This document shows positions 11,299-24,686 of a DNA stretch of 64,000 bases, piece after piece. Below the pieces are notes generated by a model, which searched no databases, had not been told where the DNA came from, and was given only the letters and a program-made list of their open reading frames with translations. The stretch is taken from positions 72,726,001 through 72,790,000 of the forward strand of contig NC_086103.1 of NCBI RefSeq assembly GCF_963921235.1, given 5' to 3'. The translations under genes and the position numbers were made by a program. Source of the stretch: Mobula hypostoma (taxonomy: Eukaryota). Numbering within the stretch: the first letter of the stretch is position 1; each line of letters opens with the position of its first letter.

Positions 11299-11429
11299 GT
11301 GGCAATGAAAAGGACCATCCAGCACAACAAGATTATATCATCTGTCCATATGTTCCCATCAGATGCACTCCACACTATCTTTGTGGAACCTTTCTCCCAC
11401 AGCTCCCTGCTATACCCCTGCTATTCATC

Positions 11430-11620
11430 TACACTAGAGGCAGTTTACAGTGACCGATTAATCTGACAACCTGTCTTGGCATGTGGGAGGGAAGTGGATC
11501 ACCTGGATGCACCAAGGGAGAAGGTACGATCTCCTCACGTGGAGCACCAGAGCTCAGGATTGGACTTGGATCTCGAGACCTGTGCAGCAGCTATACCAAC
11601 CTCTACACTGCTGTGTCACC
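11430..11620 (-). mobile_element. Old HE1/V-SINE-like element
   Basis: Minus strand: GGTGACACAGCAGTGTAG head ... CCTCCCACATGCCAAGAC..ATTAATCGGTCACTGTAAACTGCCTCTAGTGT. Confidence 0.55.
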
Positions 11621-11639
11621 CCAGAATCACATCATATTG

Positions 11640-12250
11640 AGCTGCGAGCCATCCAAAACCAGGAGATTCAAATTGATTTTCGAATTATTGCACTACTCAG
11701 AGAGAGCCGAGCGTGTGGAGTGTGATTGGCATCAGAATGTGTAGCAACTGTTACAGGTTGCACCCAGCGCACCTTCAGGTGTGCTGGTTGTTAACACAAA
11801 CAATGCACTTCACTGTATCTTTCAATGTGGACATGATAAATAAACTTGAAATTTCGAATGCTCTGCTAAGGCTGGTGGTAGAAACAGATACGTTGTAGGA
11901 ATTTAAGAAATTCATGGATAGGCACAATGATGATAGAGAAATATGTAGGAGGGAAGGGTTAAACGGTCAGCACAACACTGTAGGCCGAAAGGTCTATACT
12001 ATGCCAGAATGTTCTATGTTCTATGACACTAGGAGTGAACCTAATATTGGGGTGAGGCCCCAGTCCTCTCTGATACCAGGGTTGGGTACATCAGATGCCT
12101 GGTACACTACTAAATATGAGCTCAATGTTGGACCCTCAATTAGGAAACATGTGGGAGGTGATCTGCAACAGGTGCAAGGAATAAGTGATCAGGGAGGTAG
12201 GGAAGGGAGTTGGAGACAGCAGATGAAATTGGAGTGTGGGGAGTGAGTTA
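11640..12250 (+). mobile_element. Cluster of short LINE 3' fragments (Rex1/L2-like, then CR1 with (TTCTATG)n tail at ~12010-12025)
   Basis: CR1 3' UTR GGCCGAAAGG..TGTTCTATGTTCTATG, the same tail as at 59685-59706. Confidence 0.6.
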
Positions 12251-14269
12251 AATAATTAGAGGAGGCATGTCTGGCAGGATTTTCTGATTTTGCAGGTAGG
12301 ATGAAAACCGCTGGAAATAATTGGTAGTCCTGGCAGCATCTATAGAAAGAGGCTACGATTCAGATCTATGACCTTATTTGGGAACTGATGCTGCCTAAAT
12401 TGAGCATTTCCAGTATTTAATTTAATCTTATTTTATTTTATTAAATTAGATTTCCAGTATTTCTTTTTTTAATTTCAATTCTGCTTTCCAGCATTTACTA
12501 TATATTATGTAGAATCAACAGTTTTAGAATGCAACCCCATCACTTTGGTCAGGATATAAATCACTCTTCACCAATGTTTGTGTGTGAAATATTCACTTCC
12601 TGTTTCTTCTTGGGGCATCAAAAAAAATATGAATATTGGAGAGAAAGCTAACGGCTAATTCAAGTGTATTTATTGAACCTTCACAACCACTGCTTCATAT
12701 TTAATATCAACCGTGATGCCATACACCTAGACTCACAACACACCCAGCGGACAGTGAGCACCTTGATTCTGTGTAGGTTAGGTTGATTAGGTTGTCAGTA
12801 TAGCCTCCACACATTGACATGATGACTGTTCTTAAGAAGCATGTCTCTCGCTTTTGTGACAAACTCATGTGATTAAAACATGCATCCAAGATTCAATTTT
12901 CCTCTCTGTACACTACAGTACAGTCATACAATGCAGTTCTTCAAGTCATCTTTAAAGTTAGTGTCAGAGTCCCATTATGCAACAACTCTATCAAAACCAT
13001 TTACATCTGTCCAATGCAAATCTCCCCAGTTCCTCAAGATCACAGTCATGCCTCAGTTTTCTCCCTGCAAAGAGTCAGAAACACTATTTTTCTGTTGTCT
13101 CGTGCCTTTTGATAAGGCACATCAAATTCAACAAGTCAGGTATGATTACTCAAATAGAAGACAAAAATATAACACAGAATAAGGGATGCATCTCAAGATC
13201 CACTCCAGAATCTAACCAGGATGAATTATCTCAGTACTCCCAACATCATCACATCGTTTTGTGGTTTAGTAATCCACAGTATTCCAATGATTCTCAAATT
13301 ATTTAGTTCCTTCATTAACGCTATTAAGTTCTTTAAGACATATATCACTCATTGATAGGTAAGTACATCAAAAATAATACATGCACATAATCCAAAAACT
13401 ATCTAAAACACTAAAATAGAAAACACCATTCTCAAAAAGGCAAGCCAGGTTGAAGCATTGTGAATTTCAATAAATAGTTCTGCCACTACATTCTCCTTTT
13501 CCCATCACATTTCATATTGGGGAAATGCACTGGTTCAGCTTCTTTCTCTTCAAAGAGTTGTAAATAGAATGACATTCTTTCATTTTTCAGTTCTCCTTTG
13601 CCCACAATGATGTTTTCACTTTCTTGTCTGTTCTGTAGTGTTTGTCATGCGTGTTAATGAATTGGAAGGAAATGTGGATGGGATGATTGGTAAACCATGC
13701 CGTGACTCTGGGAACTGTGACTGAAGAGTGAAACTTGAGGGTGCAAGTTCATAGTTCCCTAAAAGTGTGAACACAGGTGGACAGAGAGGAGACAAATGTG
13801 TGTAGTATGGCAACTATACATTATGACCAGAGAATAAAGGAAATGGGAATAAGCTGTTTACAAGTTTCACACAGATACTGGGAGTACTTTATTGAGTAGA
13901 GCCCTGGTCTTATCTACACTGAAGGAAACACGAGAGTCACATATCTAACCTTTGTAATTACTTTACTCAAATAAAGCATTTTACTTCAAATAAATATCAT
14001 CATCATATTGCGTGAAATGTGAGGAACAACTTTACACAAATATCTTAGCAAGGTGTTTTGAACGTTATATATTAATTTGTCACTTATATTTCTACTTGCA
14101 CAGCAGCAAAGTGATAGAAAGAAAAGAGATGAAAACAGGAACGAGTGGTCCAGCAAAGAAGCAAAATCAGTTTGTTAGCAAGCTCACCAGGAACCTGAAA
14201 CAGAGAACAAGACCTATTTTCTCAGCTTTAAATCTAAAATGAGAGAACTGCAAACGCTGAATAATACTG

Positions 14270-15030
14270 ATATCATGGTATTATCAGCACTTAATGTGCA
14301 ATCCAAACCAAACTAACTGAGCACAACTGAGCCCCACGGTACTCACATAACGTAAGGACACAAGAAATAGGAACAGGAGAAAAACACACAAAACTGCTCT
14401 GTCATTCAAGGGAGCAATGGCTGGCCTCGGGGGGGCACCAGTGCTCAGCATGATGGAGCGTGAGATGCTGTTGCCAACTCGGACTGACTTGGGTCTTTCC
14501 CTCATGAGGCCCAAGATTCAGTTACACAGAGCGCAGTTGAATCCCAATGAGGACACTGTGCCCACCAGCATCTGAGGGATGATCAAGTTAAGCGCTGAGC
14601 TGAAGTTAATGAACAACAACCTGGTGTATAAGGCATTGTTTTCTAGATGGGACAGGACAGAGTGGAGGGCCAAGGCTATGGCATCATCAGTGCACCAGTG
14701 TGAGTGGGAGGTGAACTGGAAAGGGCCCAATGTAGCTCGAATGTGGGATTTTATATGATCCGTTATCAGTTTCTCAAAGTATGTCATGATTGCTGAGATC
14801 AATAGCACTGGGTGGTAATCATTTAGCTATCATTGTTCTCTTAGTCATGAGAATAAGCGTGGTTGCTTTAAAGCCTGCAGGGACAGTGGACTGTAGCAAA
14901 GAAATATTAAAGATATTCATTAAGATATCTGTTAACTTGGGCACACAGTCCCTCAGCACCTGGCAGCTTTGTGTGGATTTACCCTGGCTAGGATCCTCCT
15001 CAACTTGCTTGTGGCCAGGGAAGTACACTG
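14270..15030 (-). mobile_element. Rex1/Babar-like LINE RT fragment
   Basis: DDAIALALHSVLSHLEN..LLFINFSSA..IIP and KLTDILMNIFNISL..VPAGFK motifs, homologous to 22156-23157. Confidence 0.85.
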
Positions 15031-15482
15031 GGTTGTAAAAAGAGATGGAAATGAGCCATTAGGAGAAGGCAATAGTGAACTGTTCAGTATGGTAGGGCTG
15101 GAAGAACTGATCTTCATTTTCTATTTCTGCTGTGAAATGTTGACAAATAAGAGAATGTGAGACAGCTGGAGCTGTAATGTGTTCTGAAATGCAATGGAAC
15201 CCATCACAAGCCTTTCAGAGAAGATCAACATAAGTTATCTACAAAAGAGCAGAAGATCTGCTGGACAGATGCTCAGGAATTATTGCTAAGAGCTAGCTGT
15301 GCAGCTCAATATCATGGAGAATGCTCCAAGGATGTAAATGCTGTGAGAAAGATGAATTATTTCCCAAGTTGAATCTTATACTGGTATATCCATCCATGTG
15401 GCTATTAGTGTCATTGTTTGTACAATAAACCCTGACGCACAGATGAAGCATCTCCATTGCACAGTCCTCAACACTTCAATTC

Positions 15483-16776
15483 TGTCATGGTCCGGTCCGT
15501 GAAGTCTATATTCCAGTTCACGGTCCAGTCCATCAAACCCTTGCTCCAGGTTTTTCTGTCTACCCTGTTTCTGTTCCTGTTGAACACTAATTGAGGCAGC
15601 TGATGCTCGTTGGGGCTGGCTGCATAAATACCTTCAGAGACCAGGGCGTGGCTGCTGGATTGTTCTTGTCCTTACTCCTTGTATCCCTTCCCCTGCCTTC
15701 TCTTTCCTGGTCTGAAGCCCTGCCTTGTCTTGCCAGTAACTCTCGCCTCACCTGAAGTTCTGTATTGCCTTGCATTGCCTGAAGCCTTGCCTTGTCTTGC
15801 TGTCTTGTCCTGGAGCCACCCCGTACCTAGCTCCCTTCCTGTCCCTTGCCTCCGCCAGGTAAGTCAGGCCGTTTTGCCATTACCCTGCGGTTGGTTCTGT
15901 CCTTCCTGTTCCTAGCCTCCCTCGGGTAAGCCAGGCCATTTTGCCGTTACCTGCGGTTGGTTCTGTCCCTTCCTAACCCTTGCCTCTGTCGGGTAAGCCA
16001 GGCCGTCTTGCCTTTACCTGCAGTTGGTTCTGTCCCTTCCTGTCCCTTTCCTCTGTCGGGTGGAGAACCATGCCCTGCCCAGGAGAACCACACCCTGCCC
16101 AGGGGAACTGCACCCTGCCCAGGAGGAGCCTCCAGCCTCCAGCCCCAAGCCTCGCCTCAAGTCTCCAGCCTCCTGCCTAGCCTGAAGCCTGAAGACTCCA
16201 GCCTCCTGCCTAGCCTCAAGCCTGAAGACTCCAGCCTCTTGCCTATCCTCAAGGCTGAAGACTCCAGACTCCTGCCTAGCCTCAAGCCTGGACTCCAGCC
16301 TCCTGCCTAGCCTCAAGCCTGAAGACTCCAGCCTCCTGCCTAGCCTCAAGCCTGAAGACTCCAGCCTCCTGCCTAGCCTCAAGCCTGAAAATTCCAGCCT
16401 CCTGCCAAGCCTCGCCTCGAGTCTCTAGCCTCTAGCCTCAAGCCTGAAGACTCCAGCCTCCTGCCTCCTGCCAAGCCTCGCCTCGAATCCCTAGCCGCTA
16501 GCCTTAAGACTCCAGCCTCGTCCTGCCTGCCAGCCAAGCCTCGTCCTTGCCTAGTTCTGGGGTCCGAGCCAGAGGCAAGACCCAGGTACTGGGTCCTTGT
16601 CCAGTCTCTGGCTCGGAGTCCAAACCCGGGCTCCTAGCTCTCTTATCTAGTCCTGTTCCGGGTTCCCGGTTTTCGTGTCCATGTCCTTGCCCTCACCCTA
16701 TATCCAAGTCCTGTCCCTAGTACTTCAGTGTCTGTGTCTTGCACTTGGGTCCGTTCCCAGCCACCTCCGTATGACA
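15483..16776 (+). mobile_element. Solo LTR of a Tf1/sushi-like Gypsy family with an internal minisatellite
   Basis: TGTCAT...ATGACA inverted termini, 5-bp TSD AATTC (15478-15482 and 16777-16781), same family as the LTRs of 49852-52398. Confidence 0.92.
16163..16411 (+). repeat. 33-bp minisatellite, 7 units plus a partial unit, inside the LTR
   Basis: Unit CTCCAGCCTCCTGCCTAGCCTCAAGCCTGAAGA; one unit is 31 bp; no spacers. Confidence 0.95.
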
Positions 16777-16839
16777 AATTCAAAAGATTTACCTCACCTT
16801 CATGCACTGAGCCCAGGTGCAAACTCACTAATTACGCAT

Positions 16840-18770
16840 ACAAATGCATGGGTGTAAGGGGCTCTTTTCTAGTTTGCTGCCAGTGACTACTGGCATTTCT
16901 GTTTTGGTACCAATATCTTTCATGTTATACATTAGTCATTTGGATATCAGAAATGATGGTGGCCAAGTTGGTCGATTAAACAAAGATAACTTAACAAAGG
17001 CTGCTTAACAAGATAAAATCCTATGCTGTTACAAGAAAGATACTAGCATGGATAGTGGAATGGCTGACAGTCAGGAGGCAGCAAGTGGGAATAAAAGGGG
17101 CCTTTTCTGGTTGGCTGCTGATGTCTAGTGGTGTTCCTCGGGGGTCAGTACTGGAACTGCTACTTCTCACATTATTTGTCAATGATTTCAATAATGGAGT
17201 TGATGGCTTTGTGGCGAAGTTTGCAGATGATACGAAGATAGGTGGAGGGGTAGGTAGTGCTGAAGAAGCAACACATTTGGAGCAGGACCTGGACAAACTG
17301 GAAGTATGGACAAACAAGTAGTAGATGGAATACAGTGTTGGGAAATATATGATAGTGCATTTTGGTAAAAAGAACAATCGCGTGCAAGGCTCCCAGAAGA
17401 TTAATTTACAGATTGAGTCTGTGGTAAAGAAGGCAAATGCAATGTTGGTATTTATTTCAAGGGGAATAGAATATAAAAACAAGGAGAAATTGCTGAGCCT
17501 TTATAAGGCACCAGTCAGGCCACATTTGGAGTATTGTCAACAGTTTTGGGCCCCATATCTCAGAAAGGATGTGTTGTCCTTGGAGAGAGCCCAGAAGAGA
17601 TTCACAAGGATGATTCTGGGATTGAGCATATGAAAAGCATTTGGCAGCTTTGGGCCTGTACTCACTGTAATTTAGAAGAATGCAGGGGAATCTCATTGAA
17701 GTCTACCGGATATTGAAAGGACTAGATAGGATGGATGTGGAGAGGATGTTTCCTACGGCGGGGGTATCTAGAGCTAGAGGGCACAGCCTCAGAACTGAGG
17801 GGTGACCTTTTGAAGGTAAGGAGGATTTTTTTTGGCCAGAGAGTAGTGAATTTGTGTTATGCTCTGTCACAGACTGCGGTGGAGGTCAACTCCTTGGGTA
17901 TATTTAAGGTGGAAGTTCATCGTTTCCTGATCGGTCAGGGCATCAAAGCTTATGTCAAAAAGGCAGGTATATGGGATTGAGTGGGATCCGGGATCAGCTG
18001 TGATGAAAAGGCGGAGCAGGCTCGATGGGCTGAATGGCCTAACTCTGTTTCTATGTCTTATGGTCATATAACCAGTTGGTAGGCTGTGTTGAGGATGCAG
18101 GGAGGCTGCAGAGGAACATTGGGTTGGGAGAACAGGCAAAGAAGCAGCAGATGGAATACAGCATAGGAAGCAATATGGTCTTGCACTTTTGTAAAATGAA
18201 TAATGGCAGATTATTTTCTAAATTGGAAGGCAACTCAGAAACTAGAAGTGCAAAGAGACTTGGAAGTCCTAATGCAGGATTCCATAAATGTTAATTTGCA
18301 GGTTGAGTCAGTGATGAGAAAAGAAATACAATTGCGAAGAAAGCATCACAGAGCCTCTACTTCCTTAGGAGTCTGTGGAGATTTGGCATGATGTCTAGAA
18401 CTTCAACAAACTTGCTGCAAGTTTGGAAGGACAAGGTGAGATCTCATTAAAACCCACTGAATATTGAAGGCCTGAATAGTGTACACGTGGAGAAGATGCT
18501 TCCAGTAGTGAGAGAGTTGAGGACCAGAGGGCACAGCCTCAGAATAAAGGGAACTCCCATTAGAATAGAAATTAGGAGGAATATGTTTCGCCGGTGGTGA
18601 ATCCGTGGAATCCATTGACAGAGATGTCTTGAGGCCACGTCTTTGAATACATTTAAAGCAGAGGTTGATATGTTCTTGATTAGAAAGTATGCAAGAGTTT
18701 TCAGACTCGAGGGGGCAAATAGACTAATTCTGCTCCTGTCTTCCTCCTTTCATTATAGTCTTATGGTCTC
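16840..18770 (+). mobile_element. Two tandem 5'-truncated CR1 LINE fragments (ends near 18066 and ~18770)
   Basis: SGVPRGSVL.LLLLTLFVND..KFADDTK RT motif; RPHLEYCQQFWAPY; CR1 3' UTR with CTATGTCTTATGGTC tail. Confidence 0.9.
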
Positions 18771-19084
18771 CCCTCCCTTCACCATGACCCCAACACAGTT
18801 CTGCTTTCATTTCAGATTACCATCATCTGGAACAAGCTGAGCAGAAGGAAATAACCTTGTCACCTCAGTGAAATTCTACAAATAATTATACTTGTCTTCT
18901 GGATAAATAGGGAATTAAGCACAGGTGAGAGTGGAGCTGAACTGAAATCTCTGGGAGATTCAGACAGAGGTAAAAACAATTGTAAGATTGAAATCTGCAG
19001 CAAACAGAACAAGATGGTATTCAGTGTAAAGAGAGTCTTACCCAGATGTTGAGCTAATTTGCCAAAACTTCCAGACCCAGGTTT

Positions 19085-19728
19085 CAGAACATAGAACAGT
19101 ACAACACAGAAACAGGCACTTCAGACCACAAAAATGTGCCAAAACAGGTAAATTAGTAATCAAATGGCTAACTAAACTAAACCCTTATACCTACAAAATG
19201 TTCATATCCACCATTTTCCTCACATTCATGTGTCTATCTAAATGTCTCCTAAAAGTCCTAATGTATCTGCCCCCGCCACTCCCTGGCAGCGCATTAGTCA
19301 CCCACCACTCTGTGTAAAAATAACTTGCCTCTCCCCTTTAAAATTACCCCCTTTCACCTTAAACACATGCCCTCTGGTATTAGACATTTCAACCTTGGAA
19401 AAAGATGTACTGTCTGTCTACTTCATCTATACCTCTCATAATTTCATAGACTTCTATCAAAACACCCTCAGCCTCTTCCGCTCCAGTGAAAACATCCCAA
19501 GTTTGTCCACCCTCTTGTTATAGTACAGTATATGGCCACTAATCCATGCAACATCCCGGTAAATCCCTTCTACTCTCTCTCCAAAGCCTGTACATCTTTC
19601 TGATAAGCAATACTCCAGATGCGACATAACCAGAGCTTTATAAAGCTGCAACACTTGGTACTGATCTCCCTACCTCCATATCCTTCTCCTTAGTAAATAC
19701 TGACATAAAGTACTCATTTAGGACCTCA
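19085..19728 (-). mobile_element. CR1 LINE 3' part, host of the L1 insertion; continues at 28545-29075
   Basis: MLQLYKALVMSHLEYC motif, (TTCTATG) tail near 19085-19100; sequence resumes after TSD AGGACCTCA. Confidence 0.8.
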
Positions 19729-19891
19729 TCAGAGCCCTATTGGCTGCTGATGGAGTAACATCATTTTAGGTTGCTCCTACCCTATTTACTTTATTGTCTC
19801 CTACCAATTTTTTTTGAAACCTTATTATAATACTTTAATACTGCTCTACTAAGGCTGGGAAAAAAAAAACACAAAAGCTTCTGCAAAAGAA

Positions 19892-20639
19892 ATGGAAACA
19901 GATGATGAATTCCCAGTCACTTTGGATTCAATCAGTGACTTCCTTAAACGGCAAAAACTGGAATTTTCTGAGGAGTTTCCACAACTTAATGGCAAATTGG
20001 ATATAATCCAACAAACTTCAACTGAGCGTGAGAACCAAATTCAGGAAAATACTGCAAAGCTGTTGACTCTTGAAGAGGATGTTGAAGATACAATTAATCT
20101 CTGCAAAGAGTTATTTATTCAATGAAAAATTGATGCAAAGGATTATCAATCTAGAAAATAGAAATAGGAGAAATAATCTGCAAATTCTGGGTCTTGAAGA
20201 ATCAATTGAAGGCACTGACCCTACGAAGATCATTGCAAACTTTCTGAAGCAGCTATTCCCTGTTTTATTCACTTCTGAGCCTAAGCTTGATCGAGCATAT
20301 CGCTCACCGACTTCGAAGCCACTGTCGTCGGCAGCAAGACCTAGCTCGGTCATTCTAAATTTTCATGACTTTCGTATTAAGGACCTTTTAATTCGCTATA
20401 CCCGTCAACAAGGAATGATCGATTTCCACGGTTACAAGGTCAGATTTGTGGCGGACTATTCGCCTGAAGTTATAGCTGATTGTATGAAATATAAAGAAGT
20501 TATGTTGGAACTTTACAATAAAGGATTTCAACCATCTCTTCGTTTTCCCACCTGTCTGAGTATTGTTTTAAAGAATGGATTGCAAAATAGAATAAAGTCA
20601 GTTGAAGACGCAAAAGAGATTCTGAAGGCTGAAGTCTAA
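19892..20639 (+). pseudogene. L1 ORF1p (coiled coil, RRM, CTD), one frameshift
   Basis: LENRNRRNNLQILGLEESIEG..LDRAYR..VILNFHDF..VRFVADYSPE..F.PSLRFP. Confidence 0.88.
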
Positions 20640-21360
20640 AACTGTTATATTTCTTATTTGATCAATTTTTTCTTTCGTTAATATGAATTTGAAATAAGGT
20701 TTCAATAAGCTTACATTTTGGCTGTTCATATATTTTTTTGGGGGGGGTTTTGATACTTTTTTATTATATCCCTTTTGAGGCTTTATTTTAATATATCTTT
20801 CTTTGAATTTGTTCAAATTGATCCTTTTATATTTTCGAATACTGAGTTATTTTTCTTTTTATGTTGTGTCTTGGTAGGGACATAATTGACCTTGAAGGAC
20901 TGGAGTTTTGGTCAACAGGATTTTTTGGGGAGGGAACTTTTTAGTTGTTAGCTTGCTGACTGTCTATTGGTCAGCCTTCTGGCTTTGGGTGGGTGAGGTG
21001 ATAGGACCTATTTCTCTCTGGGAGCTGTGTTAGGTTGATTATATGATTGTCTGTTTGACTACCTTACCCTACGGTTTGCTTTCTAGTTTTAAATAACTTA
21101 TAGCCAGATCTTTTAATTACATGATGATTGGTATTTAAAATGGTTCAAAATATTGACTTATTTAGTTTAAATGTGAAAGGGCTGAATCACCCCATTAAAT
21201 GGAATAAAGTGTTTGCTTATATTAAAAAAATTAAGAGCACCCATTATTTTCTTACAAGAAACACACATACGTGGCTGTGATAGCTTATGTTTTTTAACTT
21301 GGTGGAAGGATATGTAATTCTATTCTTCATTTAATGCAAAATCACATGGAATTTTGATTT

Positions 21361-24300
21361 ATTATAATACTTTATTATTATACTTTATACTTTATTGTCA
21401 CCAAACAATTGGTACTAGATCGTACAATCATCACAGTGATATTTGATTCTGCGCTTCCCACTCCCTGGATTACAAATATTAAATATTAAAAATAGTTAAA
21501 ATCAGTAAATATTAAAAATTTAAATTATAAATCATAAATAGAAAATAGAAAAATGGGAAGTAAGGCAGTGCAAAAAAACTGAGAGGCAGGTCCGGATACT
21601 TGGGGGGTACAGCCCAGATCCGGGTCAGGATTCGTTCAGCAGTCTTATCACAGTTGGAAAGAAGCTGTTCCCAAATCTGGCCGTATGAGTCTTCAAGCTC
21701 CTGAGCCTTCTCCCAGAGGGAAGAAGGACGAAAAGTGTGTTGGCTGAGTGGGTCGTGTCCTTGATTATCCTGGCAGCACTGCTCCGACAGCGTGTGGTGT
21801 AAAGTGAGTCCATGGATGGAAGAATGGTTTGTGTGATGTGCTGCGCCGTGTTCACGATCTTCTGCAGCTTCTTTCGGTCTTGGACAGGACAACTTCCATA
21901 CCAGGTTGTGATGCACCCTAGAAGAATGCTTTATACAGTGCATCTATAAAAATTAGTGAGGGTTTTAGGGGTCAGGCCAAATTTCTTTAGTTTTCTCAGG
22001 AAGTAAAGGCGCTGGGGGGCCTTCTTGGCAGTGAACTCTGCTTGGTTGGACCACGTCAGGTCATTTGTGATTTTGACCCCAAGGAACTTAAAGCTTTTGA
22101 CCTGTTCCACTTGCGCACTACCGATGTAAATTGGGTCGTGCGGTCCACTACTCCTTCAGAAGTCAACAACCAATTCCTTCGTCTTGCTGATGTTGAGGGA
22201 TAGGTTATTATCTTTGCACCATGCCACCAGGTTCTTAATTTCCTCTCTGTACTCAAACTCATCATTACCCAAGATACGGCCTACAATTGTTGTGTCATCA
22301 GCAAACTTATATATTGAGTTTGATGGAAACTTGGCTGCACAATCATGGGTGTACAGTGAGTACAGCAGGGGGCTGAGTACACAGCCTTGTGGGGCACAGG
22401 TGCTCAGAGTGATTGTAGAGGAGAGCTTGTCCCCTATTTTTACAGCCTGGGTCCTGTCTGTGAGGAAATTGAAGATCCAGCTGCAGATCTGAGTGCTAAG
22501 GCCCAGGTTCCGGAGCTTAGGAATCAGTTTATTTGGAATGATGGTATTAAAGGCAGAGCTGTGGTCAATGAAAAGGAGCCTTACGTATGCATCTTTATTC
22601 TCCAGGTGTTCTAAGGAGGAATGTAGGGCCAGAGAGATGGCATCTGCCATTGACCTGTTGCTTCGGTAGGCGAATTGCAAAGCGTCGAGGTTGACCGGTA
22701 GGCTGTGGTTGATGTGTGCCATAACCAATCACTCGAAGCACTTCATAGCAATTGATGTCAGAGCCACAGGTCGATAGTCATTCAGGCATGCCACCTTGCT
22801 CTTCTTCGGCACTGGGATTATCGTTGCCTCCTTAAAACACGAGGGGATCTTAGACTGAAACAAGGAGCATTTGAAGATGTCAGCAAACACTCCAGCTAGC
22901 TCGCTTGCACAGGCCCAGAGAACCCGTCCTGGGACACCACCTGGGCCCGTCACCTTCCTTGGGTTTATCTTCAGGAAGGCCCTTCTAACATCCCTCGGTG
23001 ACGATGAATCTCCATGCCACCAGGTCCAGTTCATCTGGAGGGAGCGGGACGCTCCTGTTCTGTTCGAATCTTGCATAGAATACGTTAAGTTCGTCAGGAA
23101 GAGAAGCACCACAGTTATTGATATTCCCAGCCTTTTCTTTGCACCCAGTGATCTCATTTAGACCCTGCCATAGTGTATTGGCGCCCCTTTGGTTAGCCTA
23201 GGCTTCCAACTTGGCTCAATATTGCCTCTTGGTGCCCGTAATGGCTTTTCGGAATCCACGCCTGGATTCCGTGTAGCGACTGGTATCCCCGGACCTAAAA
23301 GCCGCAGCTCCAGCCTTTAAAATGGACTTGATCTCATAATTCATCCAAGGTTTCCGGTTAGGGAATACCCGGATCATCTTGCGAGACACACAGTCCTCCG
23401 TGCATTTCCAAATAAAGTCCGTGACAGTTGAGGCATACTCATCAAGGTTAGCTGCCGAGTCCTTGAATACTAACCAGTTCACCGATTCAAAGCAGTCACA
23501 GAGGACCTCATCCGTTTCCTCCGTCCAACGCGACACTACTTTTGACACCGTGACCTCCCACTTCAGTTTCTGTTTGTAAGCCGGGAGGAGGAGTACGGCC
23601 TGATGGTCCGATTTTCCGAAGTGAGATCGTGGGATGGAACAATAGGCATCCTTGACTGCTGTGTTGCAGTGGTCAAGTATATTCGGGCCTCTAGTGGGGC
23701 AGGAGACATGTTGGTATAACTTTGGCAGTGCCTTTCTGAGGTTGGCCTGGTTAAAATCCCCGGCTGTAATGAGCAAAGCCTCCGGATACCTGGTCTCAAG
23801 TTCACTGATGTTGGCATACAGTATGTTCAGAGCACATTCCACGTCCACCTGGGGGGGAATGTAGACCGCTGTCGGTATGACCGAGGTGAATTCCCGTGGC
23901 AGATAGTAGGGATGACACTTCACCGACAGGTTTTCCAGGTCCGGGCTGCAGGAACTTGTCAGTGCCACTGTGTCCCAGCACCACCCAGTGTTGATCAGTA
24001 GGCAGACACCACCTCCCCTCGTCTTGCCTGAAGACACCGTGCAGTCCATCCGATGGATCGAAAATCCCTCCGGTCGGATGGCACAGTCGGGGGTGGCAGG
24101 GTAGGGCCAGGTCTCGGTGAAACAGAATACACAGCAGTTCTGCATCTCCCTGCAGTAGGTGAGTCTCCCTTTAAGATTATCCACCTTGTTCTCTATGGCT
24201 TGCACATTAGCTAGTAGGATGGTGGGCATAGGGACCCTGAAGCCCCTCAGCTTCAATCTGACCAGTAGCCCAGCTCTTTTTCCACGCTTCCTCGGTAAGT

Positions 24301-24686
24301 AGTGCATTTTTCCAGGTTTCCATTGATGCAGTGTGTTGTCAGCTCTTTGATGTTGGTGGACATTCCCGCGGGAATCGATCGGCGGGTCGCGTCGTCTTGC
24401 GGTCCGGGTCGGGTCAGGTAACAGGGGAGGCTCCGCTGCCACTTCCAGCTGCTGGGGGCCCAGGCTGTTGATTGGATCAGGCCCCAAAGCCAACACTTAA
24501 TCCCGGATGGCCGGGCTCCTTGCTGAACCAAGTCCTTAAGCCGAGTCACGATTGTGGAGGCCTCCGCTCCAGTCGAGCCTCGGGCTCGATTTCCGAGGTC
24601 GGCGACGGAGGCCTCACTTCTGGCCACTGTGGATGGCCACCAACGGGGCTTTACGGTGGTTGCTCCGGGGAAGCGTCTGGGGCACC
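21361..24686 (-). mobile_element. Near-complete Rex1/Babar-like LINE (APE+RT) nested in L1 ORF2
   Basis: LANVQAIENK..CFTETW..GGGVCLLIN..GDFNQ..SDH (APE); [32 protein letters not shown] (RT); ATAAAGT-like tail; 7-bp TSD TTGATTT (21354-21360 and 24687-24693). Confidence 0.92.

Noticed and set aside
12880-13306. ORFs of 100-109 aa and a minus-strand acceptor near 13067
   Set aside because: No recognisable domain or TIM-tail motif; may be UTR or intron.
15957-16382. Repetitive ORFs (LLPSLKPEDSS)n and antisense (RLGRRLESSG)n
   Set aside because: Translations of the 33-bp LTR minisatellite; the frame is broken by a 31-bp unit and not conserved in other LTR copies.
16163-16411. Regular 33-bp repeats resembling a CRISPR array
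   Set aside because: Head-to-tail tandem units with no unique spacers, no cas genes, and a vertebrate context.
18997-19075. Strong GTAAGA donor at ~19035-19040 close to an acceptor at 18995
   Set aside because: The implied intron (under 50 nt) is too short and the upstream exon is cut by a CR1 tail, so it cannot be modelled.
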